This document shows positions 42,997 to 52,987 of a stretch of 64,000 bases of DNA, one piece after another. Source of the DNA: Nitrospirota bacterium (GTDB lineage Bacteria > Nitrospirota > Thermodesulfovibrionia > UBA6902). The notes under the pieces are model-generated. The model searched no databases. It saw nothing but the letters and a program-made list of their open reading frames with translations, and had not been told where the DNA came from. Position numbers and translations under genes: made by a program. The number at the start of each line of letters is the position of its first letter. Positions within the stretch are counted from its first letter, which is position 1. The DNA lies in the NCBI GenBank assembly GCA_016207885.1, contig JACQZE010000027.1:11944-75943 (forward strand), read 5' to 3'.

Positions 42997-45900
42997 ATGA
43001 GAGCCAATAAATTTCTTGTTTACATTATGTTGTTATCAATAGTGGCTGTAGTATCTTTGCCGATATTTACTGAACTTTACGTCTATCCTGCTTTTTCCAG
43101 ATATCAGATGAAGGAAACAGAGGAGCATGCGTTACACATCTCAAATCACATTGCAGGGATGTTCGGTATTGATAATTTGCCCATTGACTATGCTTCATCT
43201 GATTTTGTCAATGAGATAAATAATGCCAGGAAGAATTTCAACCTTTTTAAAATAAAAGTCTTTACCCCCGACGGCAGGCTTGTATACTCCACTGAAAATG
43301 GCGAGATAGGCGATATCAATGAACACCCATACTTTTACGATATCGTTCTTAAAGGCAATATTTATTCAAAAGAGGCGGAGAAAGACACAAAATCCCTTGA
43401 CGGCAATATCATACCTATCGATGTTTTTGAAACTTATATTCCTGTAATTAAAGATGGAAAGGTTGCGATCATTTTTGAGACCTATCTTGATAATTCCGCA
43501 AGCAAGGCAGCCTTTAACAAGATCATATCAGATATATCGAAAGCCATGTCAATTGTGTCATTGCTTCTTTTTGGCGCAGTAATGTTCAGTTCTTTCAAGG
43601 CAAGAAGGAGCATGAAAGAACGTGAGAGCGCGGTAAAAGAGCTTATGAAATACCGTGACAATCTTGAGATTGAGGTGAAAGAGCGAACAGCAAAGCTTGA
43701 GGATGAAAAGGCCAAGACAGAAGGTATTCTCGCCGGAATGGGTGAAGCTGTAAGCATGCAGAACCTTGATTTCAAGGTATTGTACCAGAACAAGGCGCAT
43801 ATTGATCTTGTCGGTTACCATTTCGGCGAATATTGTTACAAGGCATATCAGAAGAAGGATAAGGTCTGTGAAACCTGCCATCTCGCAATGGCTTTTAAGG
43901 ACGGCAGGATCCATACTGCGAAACAATCCAGAGTAACCGATAACGGTGAGATACACTATGAAATAGTGGCATCTCCATTGAAGGATTCATCCGGGAAAAT
44001 AATAGCAGGCATTGAGATGGTCAGAGAGGTCACTGAAAATGTTCAGAGAGAAAGGATGCTTTCAGAACAGGCCTCAATCGCGCTGTTGCGGGCGGATATC
44101 GGAATTGCCCTTACTTATGGAGGCACTCTTAAGGAGATTCTTCAGAGATGCTGCGAATCAGCAGCTACCCGCCTGGATGTGGCTTTTGCCAGGATATGGT
44201 CTCTTAACAGGGAGGATAATCTCCTTGAACTTCAGGCAAGCGCCGGGATGTACACACATCTTGACGGAGAACACAGCCGAATCCCTGTCGGTAAATTTAA
44301 GATCGGCATGATAGCTAAGGAGAAATTACCGCATATAACCAATAATGTTATCGGGGACTCCGGTCTCAATGACCAGAAATGGGCAAAGCGTGAGGGCATA
44401 AGAGCCTTTGCAGGCTATCCGCTTATTGTTGGTGAAGATGTGGTCGGGGTTCTGGGAGTTTTTTCGCGTAACATGATCTCTGACACCGTTGTTGAAGCGC
44501 TTGGATCCATATCAAGCAAGATAGCTTTAGGCATTGACCGCAAGCTGGCAGTTTTAGAATTGACCAGATCTGAAAATGATCTCAGAAACCTGTTTGAATC
44601 TGTCAATGACGCCGTCTTTGTACTTGATATGAATGGGAACTTCATTGATGCCAATACAGCCGCATATAAGCGGCTGGGTTATACCAAGGATGAGATGCTT
44701 TCGATGCATATCTCAGAACTTGACACGCCCGAGTTTGCCGCGAAGGTGCCGGAACGGTTTGAGCAGATCGCTAAACATGGCAAGGCCATATTTGAGTCTG
44801 CCCACCTGAGAAAGGACGGCACAGTTATGCCTGTTGAGGTGAATTCGGTACTGACCATTTTTAAAGGCAGAGAGGTATTGCTTAGCACTATCCGTGACAT
44901 AACTCAAAGAAAACAGATTGAGAATGAACTGTTTCGGTCAAGAGTGGAGTGGGAGGAGACTTTCAATAACATAACCGACATGATCACTATCCATGACCAT
45001 GATTTTAATATAATCCAGGCGAACAAGGCTGCGCTTGATATGCTGAATTTGCCGGATTCAGTACCGGGTAAACAGCTTAAATGTTATCAATATTATCATG
45101 GCACATCATTTCCGCCTGAAAAATGCGTGAGCTGTGAATGTCTCACTACCGGCAAACCTGCTACTTTTGAGATGTATGAGCCGGCTTTTGATAAGCATGT
45201 TGAGGTCAGGGCTATGCCCAGGTTTGACCTTAAAGGAGAGATTATCGGGGTTTCTCATATTGTCAGGGATATTTCTTACCGTAAGTCTGCCGAGAAAGCG
45301 CTTGAAAATGCGCATGATCTGCTGGAAGAGAGGGTCAGTGAAAGGACCAGGGCGCTTCAGAGAACCAACGAGCAGTTATTGAGCGAGATAAGCGAGCGCC
45401 TGCAGCTTCAGCGTAAACTTCAGGAGAGCGAAAGGCGCTACAGGAGGTTTTTTGAGGATTCACCGACATCTCTTTGGGAAATAGATTTTTCCGGAATAAA
45501 AACATATATTGAAAAATTAAAGGAGGCCGGTGTAACTGATTTCAGGAATTACTTTTACAACCGCCCCGATGAGGTCATGCGCTGCGCGGCGTTGATCAAG
45601 GTTACTGATGTAAACATAACAACGCTTGAAATTTATAAAGCAAGAAGCAAAAAAGACTTCCTGGCAAATCTGGACAAGGTTTTCTGTGAGGAAACATTTG
45701 ATCTTTTCAGGCATGAATTTATCGCTGTTGCTGAAGAGAACTTTGAACTTGAGACTGAAGGGATAACGCGGAATTTAAACGGCGAGAAGATCCATATATC
45801 GATTAAGTGGTCTGTGCAGTCAGGCGCTGAAAAGACGCTTTCCAAGATTCTCGTATCAGTTGTTGACATAACAGAAAGGAAAAAGGCTGAAGAGGCGCTT

Positions 45901-47070
45901 ATCGAGAATGAAAAACGGCTGCGCGCAATTACAGATTCAACAACAGACCTGATATGGGAAGGAGATACAAGATATAATGTATTGAACTGGTTCGGCAATA
46001 TCGATGCCATTCTGGGATATGACCCGGGAGAGTTTCCGCGCACTATTTCAGGACATATGGAGAGCATCCATCCAAAAGACCGCGACAAGGTTGCCGAATC
46101 AATTGAAACAGCAATAAGAACACAGAAAGACATTTTTGCCCAATACAGCATCAAATGCAAGGATGGGACTTATCGTGTCTGGGAAGAGAGAGGCAGGGCT
46201 GTTGGTTTTGAAGACGGCAAGGCTGTTAAATGGGTCGGTTCAATAACCGATATTACCGAAAAAGTCCGTATGGAAGAGCAGCAAAAATTTATGCAGGCGA
46301 AACTGCTTCATACCAACAAGATGACCGCGCTCGGCACGCTTGTTTCCGGAGTTGCTCATGAGATAAATAATCCTAACGCCTTTATAATGACAAATGCTGA
46401 ACTGCTGTCCATGATCTGGAAAGATGTCAACAGCCTGCTTTCTGTACATTATAAAAAAGACAAAGACCTCTCTCTTGGAGGCCTTCCTTATTCCGAGCTT
46501 CGAAATGCGATGCCTCAGCTGCTTAAAGGCATCAGTGAGGGATCCGGCAGGATAAAGTCGATAATTGACAACCTTAAAAACTTTTCAAGGCCTGATAAAA
46601 CAAATCTTGATGAAGATGTCGATATAAATGAGGCTATCAGAAACTCGTTATTGATACTCGGCCAGCAGATAACGAAATATACCATTCATTTCAGCACACA
46701 CTACATGAAAAATCTACCGTTGATAAAGGGCAACAGGCAGAATTTTGAACAGGTGATTATAAACCTTCTCTCCAACGCCCTCCAGGCTTTACCGGACAAG
46801 GAATGCGGTGTGCGCGTATCCACGCTTCATAATAAAAAGGATAATTTGATCGTCGTAACGATAAAGGACGAGGGCGCAGGCATACCGGCTGAAATAATGG
46901 ACCGTATCACTGAACCGTTCTTCACAACAAAGATCGACACCGGCGGCACCGGGCTCGGCCTGTATATTTCGTATGCTATTATTAATGATCATAAAGGAAG
47001 CATGAAGTTTGAATCCGTCGAAGGGAAGGGGACGACTGTCAGCATTTATCTCCCTACAAGCCACTTATGA
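42997..47070 (+). CDS. Large hybrid-architecture sensor histidine kinase: periplasmic sensor domain, multiple PAS domains, a GAF domain, HisKA and HATPase_c
   Basis: 1357 aa. TM1 (LVYIMLLSIVAVVSLPIF), a periplasmic region of about 160 aa, then TM2 (AMSIVSLLLFGAVMFSSF). There are at least 4 PAS-like blocks, a GAF-like block (…AFARIWSLNREDNLLELQASAGMY…) and coiled coils. The H-box is VAHEINNPNAFI and the G-boxes are DEGAGIP…GTGLGLYIS. Confidence 0.85.
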   Translation: MRANKFLVYIMLLSIVAVVSLPIFTELYVYPAFSRYQMKETEEHALHISNHIAGMFGIDNLPIDYASSDFVNEINNARKNFNLFKIKVFTPDGRLVYSTENGEIGDINEHPYFYDIVLKGNIYSKEAEKDTKSLDGNIIPIDVFETYIPVIKDGKVAIIFETYLDNSASKAAFNKIISDISKAMSIVSLLLFGAVMFSSFKARRSMKERESAVKELMKYRDNLEIEVKERTAKLEDEKAKTEGILAGMGEAVSMQNLDFKVLYQNKAHIDLVGYHFGEYCYKAYQKKDKVCETCHLAMAFKDGRIHTAKQSRVTDNGEIHYEIVASPLKDSSGKIIAGIEMVREVTENVQRERMLSEQASIALLRADIGIALTYGGTLKEILQRCCESAATRLDVAFARIWSLNREDNLLELQASAGMYTHLDGEHSRIPVGKFKIGMIAKEKLPHITNNVIGDSGLNDQKWAKREGIRAFAGYPLIVGEDVVGVLGVFSRNMISDTVVEALGSISSKIALGIDRKLAVLELTRSENDLRNLFESVNDAVFVLDMNGNFIDANTAAYKRLGYTKDEMLSMHISELDTPEFAAKVPERFEQIAKHGKAIFESAHLRKDGTVMPVEVNSVLTIFKGREVLLSTIRDITQRKQIENELFRSRVEWEETFNNITDMITIHDHDFNIIQANKAALDMLNLPDSVPGKQLKCYQYYHGTSFPPEKCVSCECLTTGKPATFEMYEPAFDKHVEVRAMPRFDLKGEIIGVSHIVRDISYRKSAEKALENAHDLLEERVSERTRALQRTNEQLLSEISERLQLQRKLQESERRYRRFFEDSPTSLWEIDFSGIKTYIEKLKEAGVTDFRNYFYNRPDEVMRCAALIKVTDVNITTLEIYKARSKKDFLANLDKVFCEETFDLFRHEFIAVAEENFELETEGITRNLNGEKIHISIKWSVQSGAEKTLSKILVSVVDITERKKAEEALIENEKRLRAITDSTTDLIWEGDTRYNVLNWFGNIDAILGYDPGEFPRTISGHMESIHPKDRDKVAESIETAIRTQKDIFAQYSIKCKDGTYRVWEERGRAVGFEDGKAVKWVGSITDITEKVRMEEQQKFMQAKLLHTNKMTALGTLVSGVAHEINNPNAFIMTNAELLSMIWKDVNSLLSVHYKKDKDLSLGGLPYSELRNAMPQLLKGISEGSGRIKSIIDNLKNFSRPDKTNLDEDVDINEAIRNSLLILGQQITKYTIHFSTHYMKNLPLIKGNRQNFEQVIINLLSNALQALPDKECGVRVSTLHNKKDNLIVVTIKDEGAGIPAEIMDRITEPFFTTKIDTGGTGLGLYISYAIINDHKGSMKFESVEGKGTTVSIYLPTSHL

Positions 47071-48479
47071 ATACAGAAAAACCTAAAGTACTTTTGGTGG
47101 ACGATGAGCCGCAGATACTTCTGAGCCACAGCCTTTTGCTGCGCACAGCCGGCATTGAAACTGTTACTCTCAAGGACAGCCGGGAGGTTATGCCCATGCT
47201 TGAAAAAGAGAAAATATCTGTTATAGTGCTCGACCTTTCGATGCCGCATTTATCCGGCACGGAGCTGCTGTCCAGGATCAGATATGATTTTCCTCATATC
47301 TCCGTTATCATTATGACCGCGACCAATGAGATTGAAAAGGCGGTTGAGTGTATACGATTAGGCGCGATGGATTATCTTGTGAAGCCTGTTGAAAAGAGCC
47401 GTTTCTTCTCGAGCATCAACAGGGCTGTTGAACTATACAATCTGCGCAATGAGATATCTTCTCTGAGCAAGCGCGTGCTGACGGATGAACTTGAAGATGA
47501 GGATGCTTTTTCCGGGATCATCACAAAGAACAAAAAAATGAGATCGATCTTTAATTACATTGAAGCCATTGCCAGATCCAGAAAAGCCGTATGTATAGCA
47601 GGTGAGACCGGAGTTGGAAAAGAACTGTTTGCAATGGCTGTACATAATGTCAGCAGGGTTAAAGGCCCTTTTATCGCAGTGAATGTCGCCGGGCTTGATG
47701 ATACGATGTTTTCCGATACGTTGTTCGGACACAAAAAAGGAGCATACACCGGCGCTGACAAAGAAAGAAAAGGGCTTATCGTCAAGGCCTCAGACGGGAC
47801 GATACTGCTTGATGAAATAGGCGATCTCAACGAACTGTCGCAGGTAAAGCTCCTGCGCCTTCTTGAAGAGGGTACATATTATCCTCTCGGTTCTGATATT
47901 CCCGAGAAAAGCAACGCGCGCATTATTGCATCTACAAACAAGGACATCGGACATGAAACCGTCAGCGGAAAGTTCCGCAAAGATCTTTATTACAGGCTAA
48001 GCGCTCACCTTATACATATCCCGCCGCTCCGTGAGCGCATTGAAGATATACCGATGCTGCTCGGCCATTTTTTAAGGGATGCCTCAGAATCTTTGCACAA
48101 GAAGGTGCCTTCAGTCCCGACAGAGCTTGTTTCTCTGCTGTCAAATTATTATTATCCCGGCAATATACGAGAGCTGCAGGCCATGGTCTTTGACGCTGTG
48201 TCGCAGCATGGGACCGGAAAACTCTTTATGGACAGTTTTAGGGATCACCTGAAGAACAATGCCGAGCTTTCAAGAAATGAATTATCTATCCCGTTAGACA
48301 TATCCAAATCCGCAATTGAAATATCCGGGCCTTTCCCGACCCTCCAGGATGTAAATGATTTTCTTGTCTCAGAGGCGCTGAAACGCTCAAGCGGGAATCA
48401 GGGAGTCGCCGCGTCTCTTCTGGGCATAACCCGTCAGGCACTTAATAAACGCCTTATCAGAAAGAAAAAGCCGTCATGA
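47067..48479 (+). CDS. Sigma-54-dependent response regulator (NtrC family: REC, AAA+ sigma-54 activator and HTH domains)
   Basis: REC domain (VLLVDDE…VLDLSMP). Sigma-54 interaction domain with Walker A (GETGVGKE), a GAFTGA-type loop (GAYTGA), and ESELFGH-like (DTLFGHKKGAYTGA). C-terminal Fis-type HTH. It is translationally coupled to the kinase (ATGA). Confidence 0.9.
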   Translation: MNTEKPKVLLVDDEPQILLSHSLLLRTAGIETVTLKDSREVMPMLEKEKISVIVLDLSMPHLSGTELLSRIRYDFPHISVIIMTATNEIEKAVECIRLGAMDYLVKPVEKSRFFSSINRAVELYNLRNEISSLSKRVLTDELEDEDAFSGIITKNKKMRSIFNYIEAIARSRKAVCIAGETGVGKELFAMAVHNVSRVKGPFIAVNVAGLDDTMFSDTLFGHKKGAYTGADKERKGLIVKASDGTILLDEIGDLNELSQVKLLRLLEEGTYYPLGSDIPEKSNARIIASTNKDIGHETVSGKFRKDLYYRLSAHLIHIPPLRERIEDIPMLLGHFLRDASESLHKKVPSVPTELVSLLSNYYYPGNIRELQAMVFDAVSQHGTGKLFMDSFRDHLKNNAELSRNELSIPLDISKSAIEISGPFPTLQDVNDFLVSEALKRSSGNQGVAASLLGITRQALNKRLIRKKKPS

Positions 48480-48665
48480 TAATGCTTGTAGACATTTTTT
48501 GCTCCTGATACATTATTTGCGATTAAAAGAATCTCTTTGTTTTCAATAAGATAACCCTCAATATTACAAATAAACCATTATCTGTATCAACTGCTGTCTC
48601 TTTCCGCGCTGTTAGATAACTATTCTAACTCATTGATATTTCAACATAAATCAATAATATTATGC

Positions 48666-48681
48666 GGGCACCCTTCTTGCT
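48666..48681 (+). promoter_or_regulatory. Sigma-54 (-24/-12) promoter: GGGCAC-N5-TTGCT
   Basis: GGGCAC ccttc TTGCT (48666-48681) is a near-consensus match to TGGCAC-N5-TTGCW. It sits about 95 nt upstream of the ATG at 48777 and about 190 nt downstream of the sigma-54 activator gene. Confidence 0.6.
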
Positions 48682-48776
48682 TATATATAGTATTCTGATT
48701 CGAACTAATTGAATTCTGAAGAATATTTCAAACCTGTTGTTCCTTATCAGATGCAATAGGTTCAGAGGAGGGGCAG

Positions 48777-49016
48777 ATGCAGATCAAAGTCAGTGAGGAT
48801 GTCTTGAAAGATACAAGCAATTGTAAAATGGGTTTTTCATGTTTATCAGGCAAAGGTGATTGCCTTTGTGAGGTTGAGGATAGCGCTAACGGCATGGTTC
48901 TTTTTATTAAGCCTGCGTGCAAAGCAGGCTTCTGTTATTACAGGCTCTCATTCGGATGTTCCTATATATGTAACTGCCCTGTCAGAAAAGAGATATTTAA
49001 CCGTTATAACACATAA
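48777..49016 (+). CDS. Small cysteine-rich protein (79 aa, 9 Cys), function unknown; candidate sigma-54-dependent gene
   Basis: Strong ribosome-binding site GAGGAGGGG 7 nt before the ATG. Protein sequence MQIKVSEDVLKDTSNCKMGFSCLSGKGDCLCEVEDSANGMVLFIKPACKAGFCYYRLSFGCSYICNCPVRKEIFNRYNT. There is no signal peptide and there are no CxxC pairs (the spacing is Cx4C…CxC…Cx4C…Cx3CxC). Confidence 0.55.
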   Translation: MQIKVSEDVLKDTSNCKMGFSCLSGKGDCLCEVEDSANGMVLFIKPACKAGFCYYRLSFGCSYICNCPVRKEIFNRYNT

Positions 49017-49053
49017 TTTAAAAATATAATTATTTATTTCAGGAGGATTGATC

Positions 49054-50562
49054 ATGGGAAATCAGTTTGGGGAACTCGATGTTATTGAGGGTGAGTATGA
49101 TGATGTCGTTGAGAACGATAATGACGCGGATCTCTTTTTTGAAGAACCTAAAGAGATCATAACCAGGGATGAACAGACAACAGACAATCCGATCGAGATA
49201 TACCTTAAAGAGATGGGCGCTTTCCCTTTACTTACAAGGAAGGGTGAGGTTGATGTTGCAAAGAGAGCTGAGGCCGGAAAGGAGAAGATATTTAAGGTGA
49301 TATTCGCAACACCCTTTGCGGCCGGAAGGGTCTTGGCCTCTGCCAAGGAACTCAAAAAGAACGATATATTGATCACTGATATACTTGCCGGCTGTGAAGA
49401 CCTCCCGAAGTCAAAAGAGAAGATGGCTGTCGAACTTTTCCTTAAAAATGTAAGGTCTATCGAAAGGCTTAACAGCAGAAGAATTATTCTTTTCAATGAA
49501 CTTCATAATAAAAAGACTAAATCGGTTGAGACCAGATTAATAAGATCTAAACTTGACGAGTCAAAAAACACAATAATAAGAAAATTGTCAGAGCTGAACT
49601 TTAATAATACCTTTACTGAAAAGATAGTTCAGGATTTCAGGGCATTTGCAGAGAGGTATAATGAGATATCCGGCAAGGAGAAGGCTGATAAAGATGATAA
49701 GAAAAAGCTTCTTGAAATCGAGTTCAGTCTTGGAATGAATAAGGCCGGGATCATGAACGCCCTTATTTCCATAGACGAGGGGGAGGCTGAGGTCAGTAAG
49801 GCAAACAACATTCTGGTTGAGGCAAATTTGAGGCTTGTTGTAAGCATAGCCAAAAAATATATCTGTAAGGGGCTCAATCTTTCCGACCTGATGCAGGAAG
49901 GGAACATTGGACTGATGAAGGCTGTAACCAGGTTCGACTATAAGAGAGGCTATAAGTTCAGCACATATGCCACCTGGTGGATCAGGCAGGCTATAACAAG
50001 GGCGCTCGCTGATCAGTCAAGGACTATCAGAATCCCCGTACATATGATAGAGTCCATGAACAAACTCTCAAGGGTTTCAAAAAACCTTGTGCAGGAACTC
50101 GGCAGGGAGCCGCATGCTGAAGAGCTTGCCAAGGCAATGGACCTTCCTCTGGGCAAAATAAGGACGATATTAAAGATCTGCAAGGAACCTGTTTCACTTG
50201 AAACGCCGATGGGCAAGGAAGAAGACAGCCTTTTAGGTGATTTTATAGAAGATAAGGCATCCCACTCACCTCTGGAGCTGGTGCTTAATGATGAGTTGAA
50301 AGTTCAGATGAGAAAGGCCCTTAATACACTTTCCTTCAGAGAGGCAGAGATACTCAAGAAGCGTTTCGGATTGGAAAGCGATGGTTCATTAACCCTTGAG
50401 GAAGTTGGAGAGGCATTTAATGTTACACGGGAACGGATAAGACAGATCGAGGTATCAGCCTTGAAAAAGCTCAGGCATCCTGGCAGAAACAAATATCTCA
50501 GCGGTTTTATCAATGAGGTATTCACTGAAAGATTCAATCAAATGGAAGGAAGCATGATATAG
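49054..50562 (+). CDS. rpoD: RNA polymerase primary-type sigma factor (sigma-70 family)
   Basis: AGGAGG lies 7 nt before the ATG at 49054; the ORF is open from TTG 49048. Acidic N-terminal region 1.1 ([20 protein letters not shown]). Region 1.2 ([31 protein letters not shown]). Region 2 ([60 protein letters not shown]). Region 3 ([16 protein letters not shown]). Region 4 (…[26 protein letters not shown]). Confidence 0.85.
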   Translation: MGNQFGELDVIEGEYDDVVENDNDADLFFEEPKEIITRDEQTTDNPIEIYLKEMGAFPLLTRKGEVDVAKRAEAGKEKIFKVIFATPFAAGRVLASAKELKKNDILITDILAGCEDLPKSKEKMAVELFLKNVRSIERLNSRRIILFNELHNKKTKSVETRLIRSKLDESKNTIIRKLSELNFNNTFTEKIVQDFRAFAERYNEISGKEKADKDDKKKLLEIEFSLGMNKAGIMNALISIDEGEAEVSKANNILVEANLRLVVSIAKKYICKGLNLSDLMQEGNIGLMKAVTRFDYKRGYKFSTYATWWIRQAITRALADQSRTIRIPVHMIESMNKLSRVSKNLVQELGREPHAEELAKAMDLPLGKIRTILKICKEPVSLETPMGKEEDSLLGDFIEDKASHSPLELVLNDELKVQMRKALNTLSFREAEILKKRFGLESDGSLTLEEVGEAFNVTRERIRQIEVSALKKLRHPGRNKYLSGFINEVFTERFNQMEGSMI

Positions 50563-50591
50563 GCATTAAAATATATACTGATTCATTGTAA

Positions 50592-50628
50592 GGGCCGGGT
50601 AATATAGAAATTATCCGGCCCTTTTTTT
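50592..50628. terminator. Bidirectional rho-independent terminator between convergent rpoD and the ABC-2 permease gene
   Basis: GGGCCGG (50592-98), a loop, then CCGGCCC (50615-21), followed by TTTTTTT (50622-28). An A-rich tract lies on the other side, so it can serve the minus strand. Confidence 0.6.
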
Positions 50629-50658
50629 GTATGAAATATCCACCCTCAACGAAAAATC

Positions 50659-51414
50659 TTATTTAATTATCCTCTTGCGCAAAAGCCTGAAAGGGTAGGG
50701 CAGAAGTATCAATGCAAGGGCAGTAAGCCACGCCATATCAAGAATGGCCGGAGATATCTCGCCTGATGAAAAAGATCGGCATATGTTTACCAGATGATAT
50801 AACGGCGAAAAGAATGCAACCTTCGAGACAAATGCAGGCATGTTGTCTATGGGGAAGAATATCCCTGAGAAGAGAAACATCGGCGTCATAAACAGAGTGT
50901 TGAAATAATTGAATGAATCTATGCCCGGCACGATAGATGTAACTATTATAGCTATCTCCGCGAATATCAGGCTGCTGATAAAGATGGCCGGAATAGTTGT
51001 TACTATCAATGCTGAGCCGAGCAGGCCCATGAAAGAGAGTACAGTCATTATGATGATGCCGTAGAATGTTCCTTTTGCAGCTCCCCATAAGAGTTCGCCC
51101 AGGACAAGGTCAGCGATATTTACAGGCGTCACAAGTATGGCGTCAAATGTTTTTTGAAAGGTCATCCTGATATATGTGCCGTATGTGCATTCGAATGTAG
51201 CGGCGAACATTGATGACGATGCTATCAGGCCGGGGGCAAGGTAGTTTATATAGGGGACTCCCTTTATCTCATTGACATAAGCGCCAAGCCCTAATCCCAG
51301 TGCCGCAAGATAGATGATGGGCTCAAAGAAATTAAGCACTAGGCTGGATTTGTACCGCTTTGTATAGACAGTGAAGTTCCTCTGAAATACCCTGTATGCC
51401 CTTTTTATATTCAT
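50659..51414 (-). CDS. ABC-2 type transporter permease
   Basis: 251 aa with 6 predicted TM helices and ABC-2 family topology. It is translationally coupled (ATGA) to the upstream ATPase gene. Confidence 0.75.
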   Translation of the reverse strand: MNIKRAYRVFQRNFTVYTKRYKSSLVLNFFEPIIYLAALGLGLGAYVNEIKGVPYINYLAPGLIASSSMFAATFECTYGTYIRMTFQKTFDAILVTPVNIADLVLGELLWGAAKGTFYGIIIMTVLSFMGLLGSALIVTTIPAIFISSLIFAEIAIIVTSIVPGIDSFNYFNTLFMTPMFLFSGIFFPIDNMPAFVSKVAFFSPLYHLVNICRSFSSGEISPAILDMAWLTALALILLPYPFRLLRKRIIK

Positions 51415-52151
51415 GTGACCTGATCTTTTAGATGTTTCCCGGTCAGTTGCAGATACGCATTTTCCAGATTTCCGCCGTGGATATTCATAAGGCTGGAAGG
51501 CGTATCGATCGTGATTATCTTTCCTTCATCCATGATGGCAACCCTGTCGCAGAGGCTCTCAGCCTCTTCCATATAGTGTGTCGTCAGTATCAGTGTAGTA
51601 TCCTTTGACTTCATGTGCCTTAGCTTGTCCCAGACATAATGCCTTGTATGCGGATCAAGCCCGGTGGTGGGTTCATCGAGTATCAGCATTTCAGGGGTAT
51701 TTATCAGAGACCTTGCCAAAACAAGCTTGCGCTTCATTCCGCCTGAAAGGTTCCTGATATTAACATCTGCCTTCTCCTTCAGCTCCATAAAATCAAGAAG
51801 CTCCCACGCAAGCCTTGATGCCTCTTTCCTGATGATATCGAAATACCTTGCATAGACGATCAGATTTTCATACACCGAAAGCTCAAGGTCGAGGTTGTCT
51901 TCCTGCGGCATCACGCCTATCTTTGATTTGATCAGGCTGGGGTCTTTAGTTGTGTTGACACCAAAGACCTCAAGTTCGCCGGATGTCGGCGGCATGAAGC
52001 AGCATATCATGCTCATGGCGGTCGTCTTGCCTGCGCCGTTAGGCCCGAGAAATCCGAAGCACTCTCCCTTGCTGATAGTGAAGTCTATATTATCCACCGC
52101 TCTCAGAGAGTTGTAATCCTTTGTGAGCCCTTTAGCAGTTACAATGTTCAT
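51411..52151 (-). CDS. ABC transporter ATP-binding protein
   Basis: Walker A (GPNGAGKTT), signature (LSGGMKRKL), Walker B (ILDEPTTGLD) and H-loop. Confidence 0.9.
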   Translation of the reverse strand: MNIVTAKGLTKDYNSLRAVDNIDFTISKGECFGFLGPNGAGKTTAMSMICCFMPPTSGELEVFGVNTTKDPSLIKSKIGVMPQEDNLDLELSVYENLIVYARYFDIIRKEASRLAWELLDFMELKEKADVNIRNLSGGMKRKLVLARSLINTPEMLILDEPTTGLDPHTRHYVWDKLRHMKSKDTTLILTTHYMEEAESLCDRVAIMDEGKIITIDTPSSLMNIHGGNLENAYLQLTGKHLKDQVT

Positions 52152-52233
52152 GGGAATTATTATAGCATCATCAAATCAGAAGGGGCAGTCTGCCGTGGTT
52201 CCTCCTCTTAGTTTAAGGGGAGGGCAGGAGGGG

Positions 52234-52626
52234 TTATAATCTGTTTATATAAATAACACCGGATGAGACCTTCTTATCGATCATCCGTCTTGCTATCTTC
52301 TTTATCAGGTTTCTTGAAAATGGTATGACCATCAGCAGTCCTATCGTATCAGTAAAAAATCCCGGGACAATAAACAGCACACCGGCAATCAATAACATCA
52401 TCCCGTTGACCATCTCCTCTGCCGGGGATACGCCTTCATTCATATTCTGCTGCATCCTGCGCATCACCCCAAGCCCCACCAGCTTTACCATGTAAATGCC
52501 GATAAGAGCAGTCAGCAATAAGACAACTATCGTATTTGCAGTTCCAATTCTTGAGCCTACCTCGATCAAGAGAGAGATCTCAATGATCGGTACGATTATG
52601 AATATAAAAAATAGTGGAAAGAACAT
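52234..52626 (-). CDS. fxsA: FxsA family cytoplasmic membrane protein
   Basis: 130 aa; MFFPLFFIFIIVPIIEISLLIEVGSRIG…LLIAGVLFIVPGFFTDTIGLLMVIPFSR matches the FxsA topology and motifs. Confidence 0.7.
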   Translation of the reverse strand: MFFPLFFIFIIVPIIEISLLIEVGSRIGTANTIVVLLLTALIGIYMVKLVGLGVMRRMQQNMNEGVSPAEEMVNGMMLLIAGVLFIVPGFFTDTIGLLMVIPFSRNLIKKIARRMIDKKVSSGVIYINRL

Positions 52627-52747
52627 GCAGGAATTATATCTGAATTAAGGATGATTTTTCCAAACATCACTGTGCTCCTGATTGTTTTGACAGAAGGGTA
52701 GGTATATGGTAAATTAAGCTAAGATTCAAAAAGGAGGCAGCGCAATA

Positions 52748-52987
52748 ATGTCTAAGGTAATAGATGCTGTTTTCGAAAACGGTGTTTTTAAGCCCCTTGA
52801 AGCAGTAGAGGTAAAGGAGCACGAAAAGGTCTCAATAAAGATAGTCTCGCTTGACGAATGGCAGAATCGCTTTAATAGGATCATCGATAAAATACACAAA
52901 AAAGCCTCTCAATACACTTCTGAAGAAATTGAAAATGATATTTCCCTGACCGTAAAAGAGATAAGAGAAGAAAAGCGTGCCAGTTAA
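52748..52987 (+). CDS. DUF104/AF2212-like antitoxin (partner of a PIN-domain toxin)
   Basis: 79 aa; MSKVIDAVFENGVFKPLEAVEVKEHEKVSIKIV is the characteristic N-terminus of this antitoxin family. It overlaps the downstream PIN gene start by 11 nt. Confidence 0.65.
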   Translation: MSKVIDAVFENGVFKPLEAVEVKEHEKVSIKIVSLDEWQNRFNRIIDKIHKKASQYTSEEIENDISLTVKEIREEKRAS

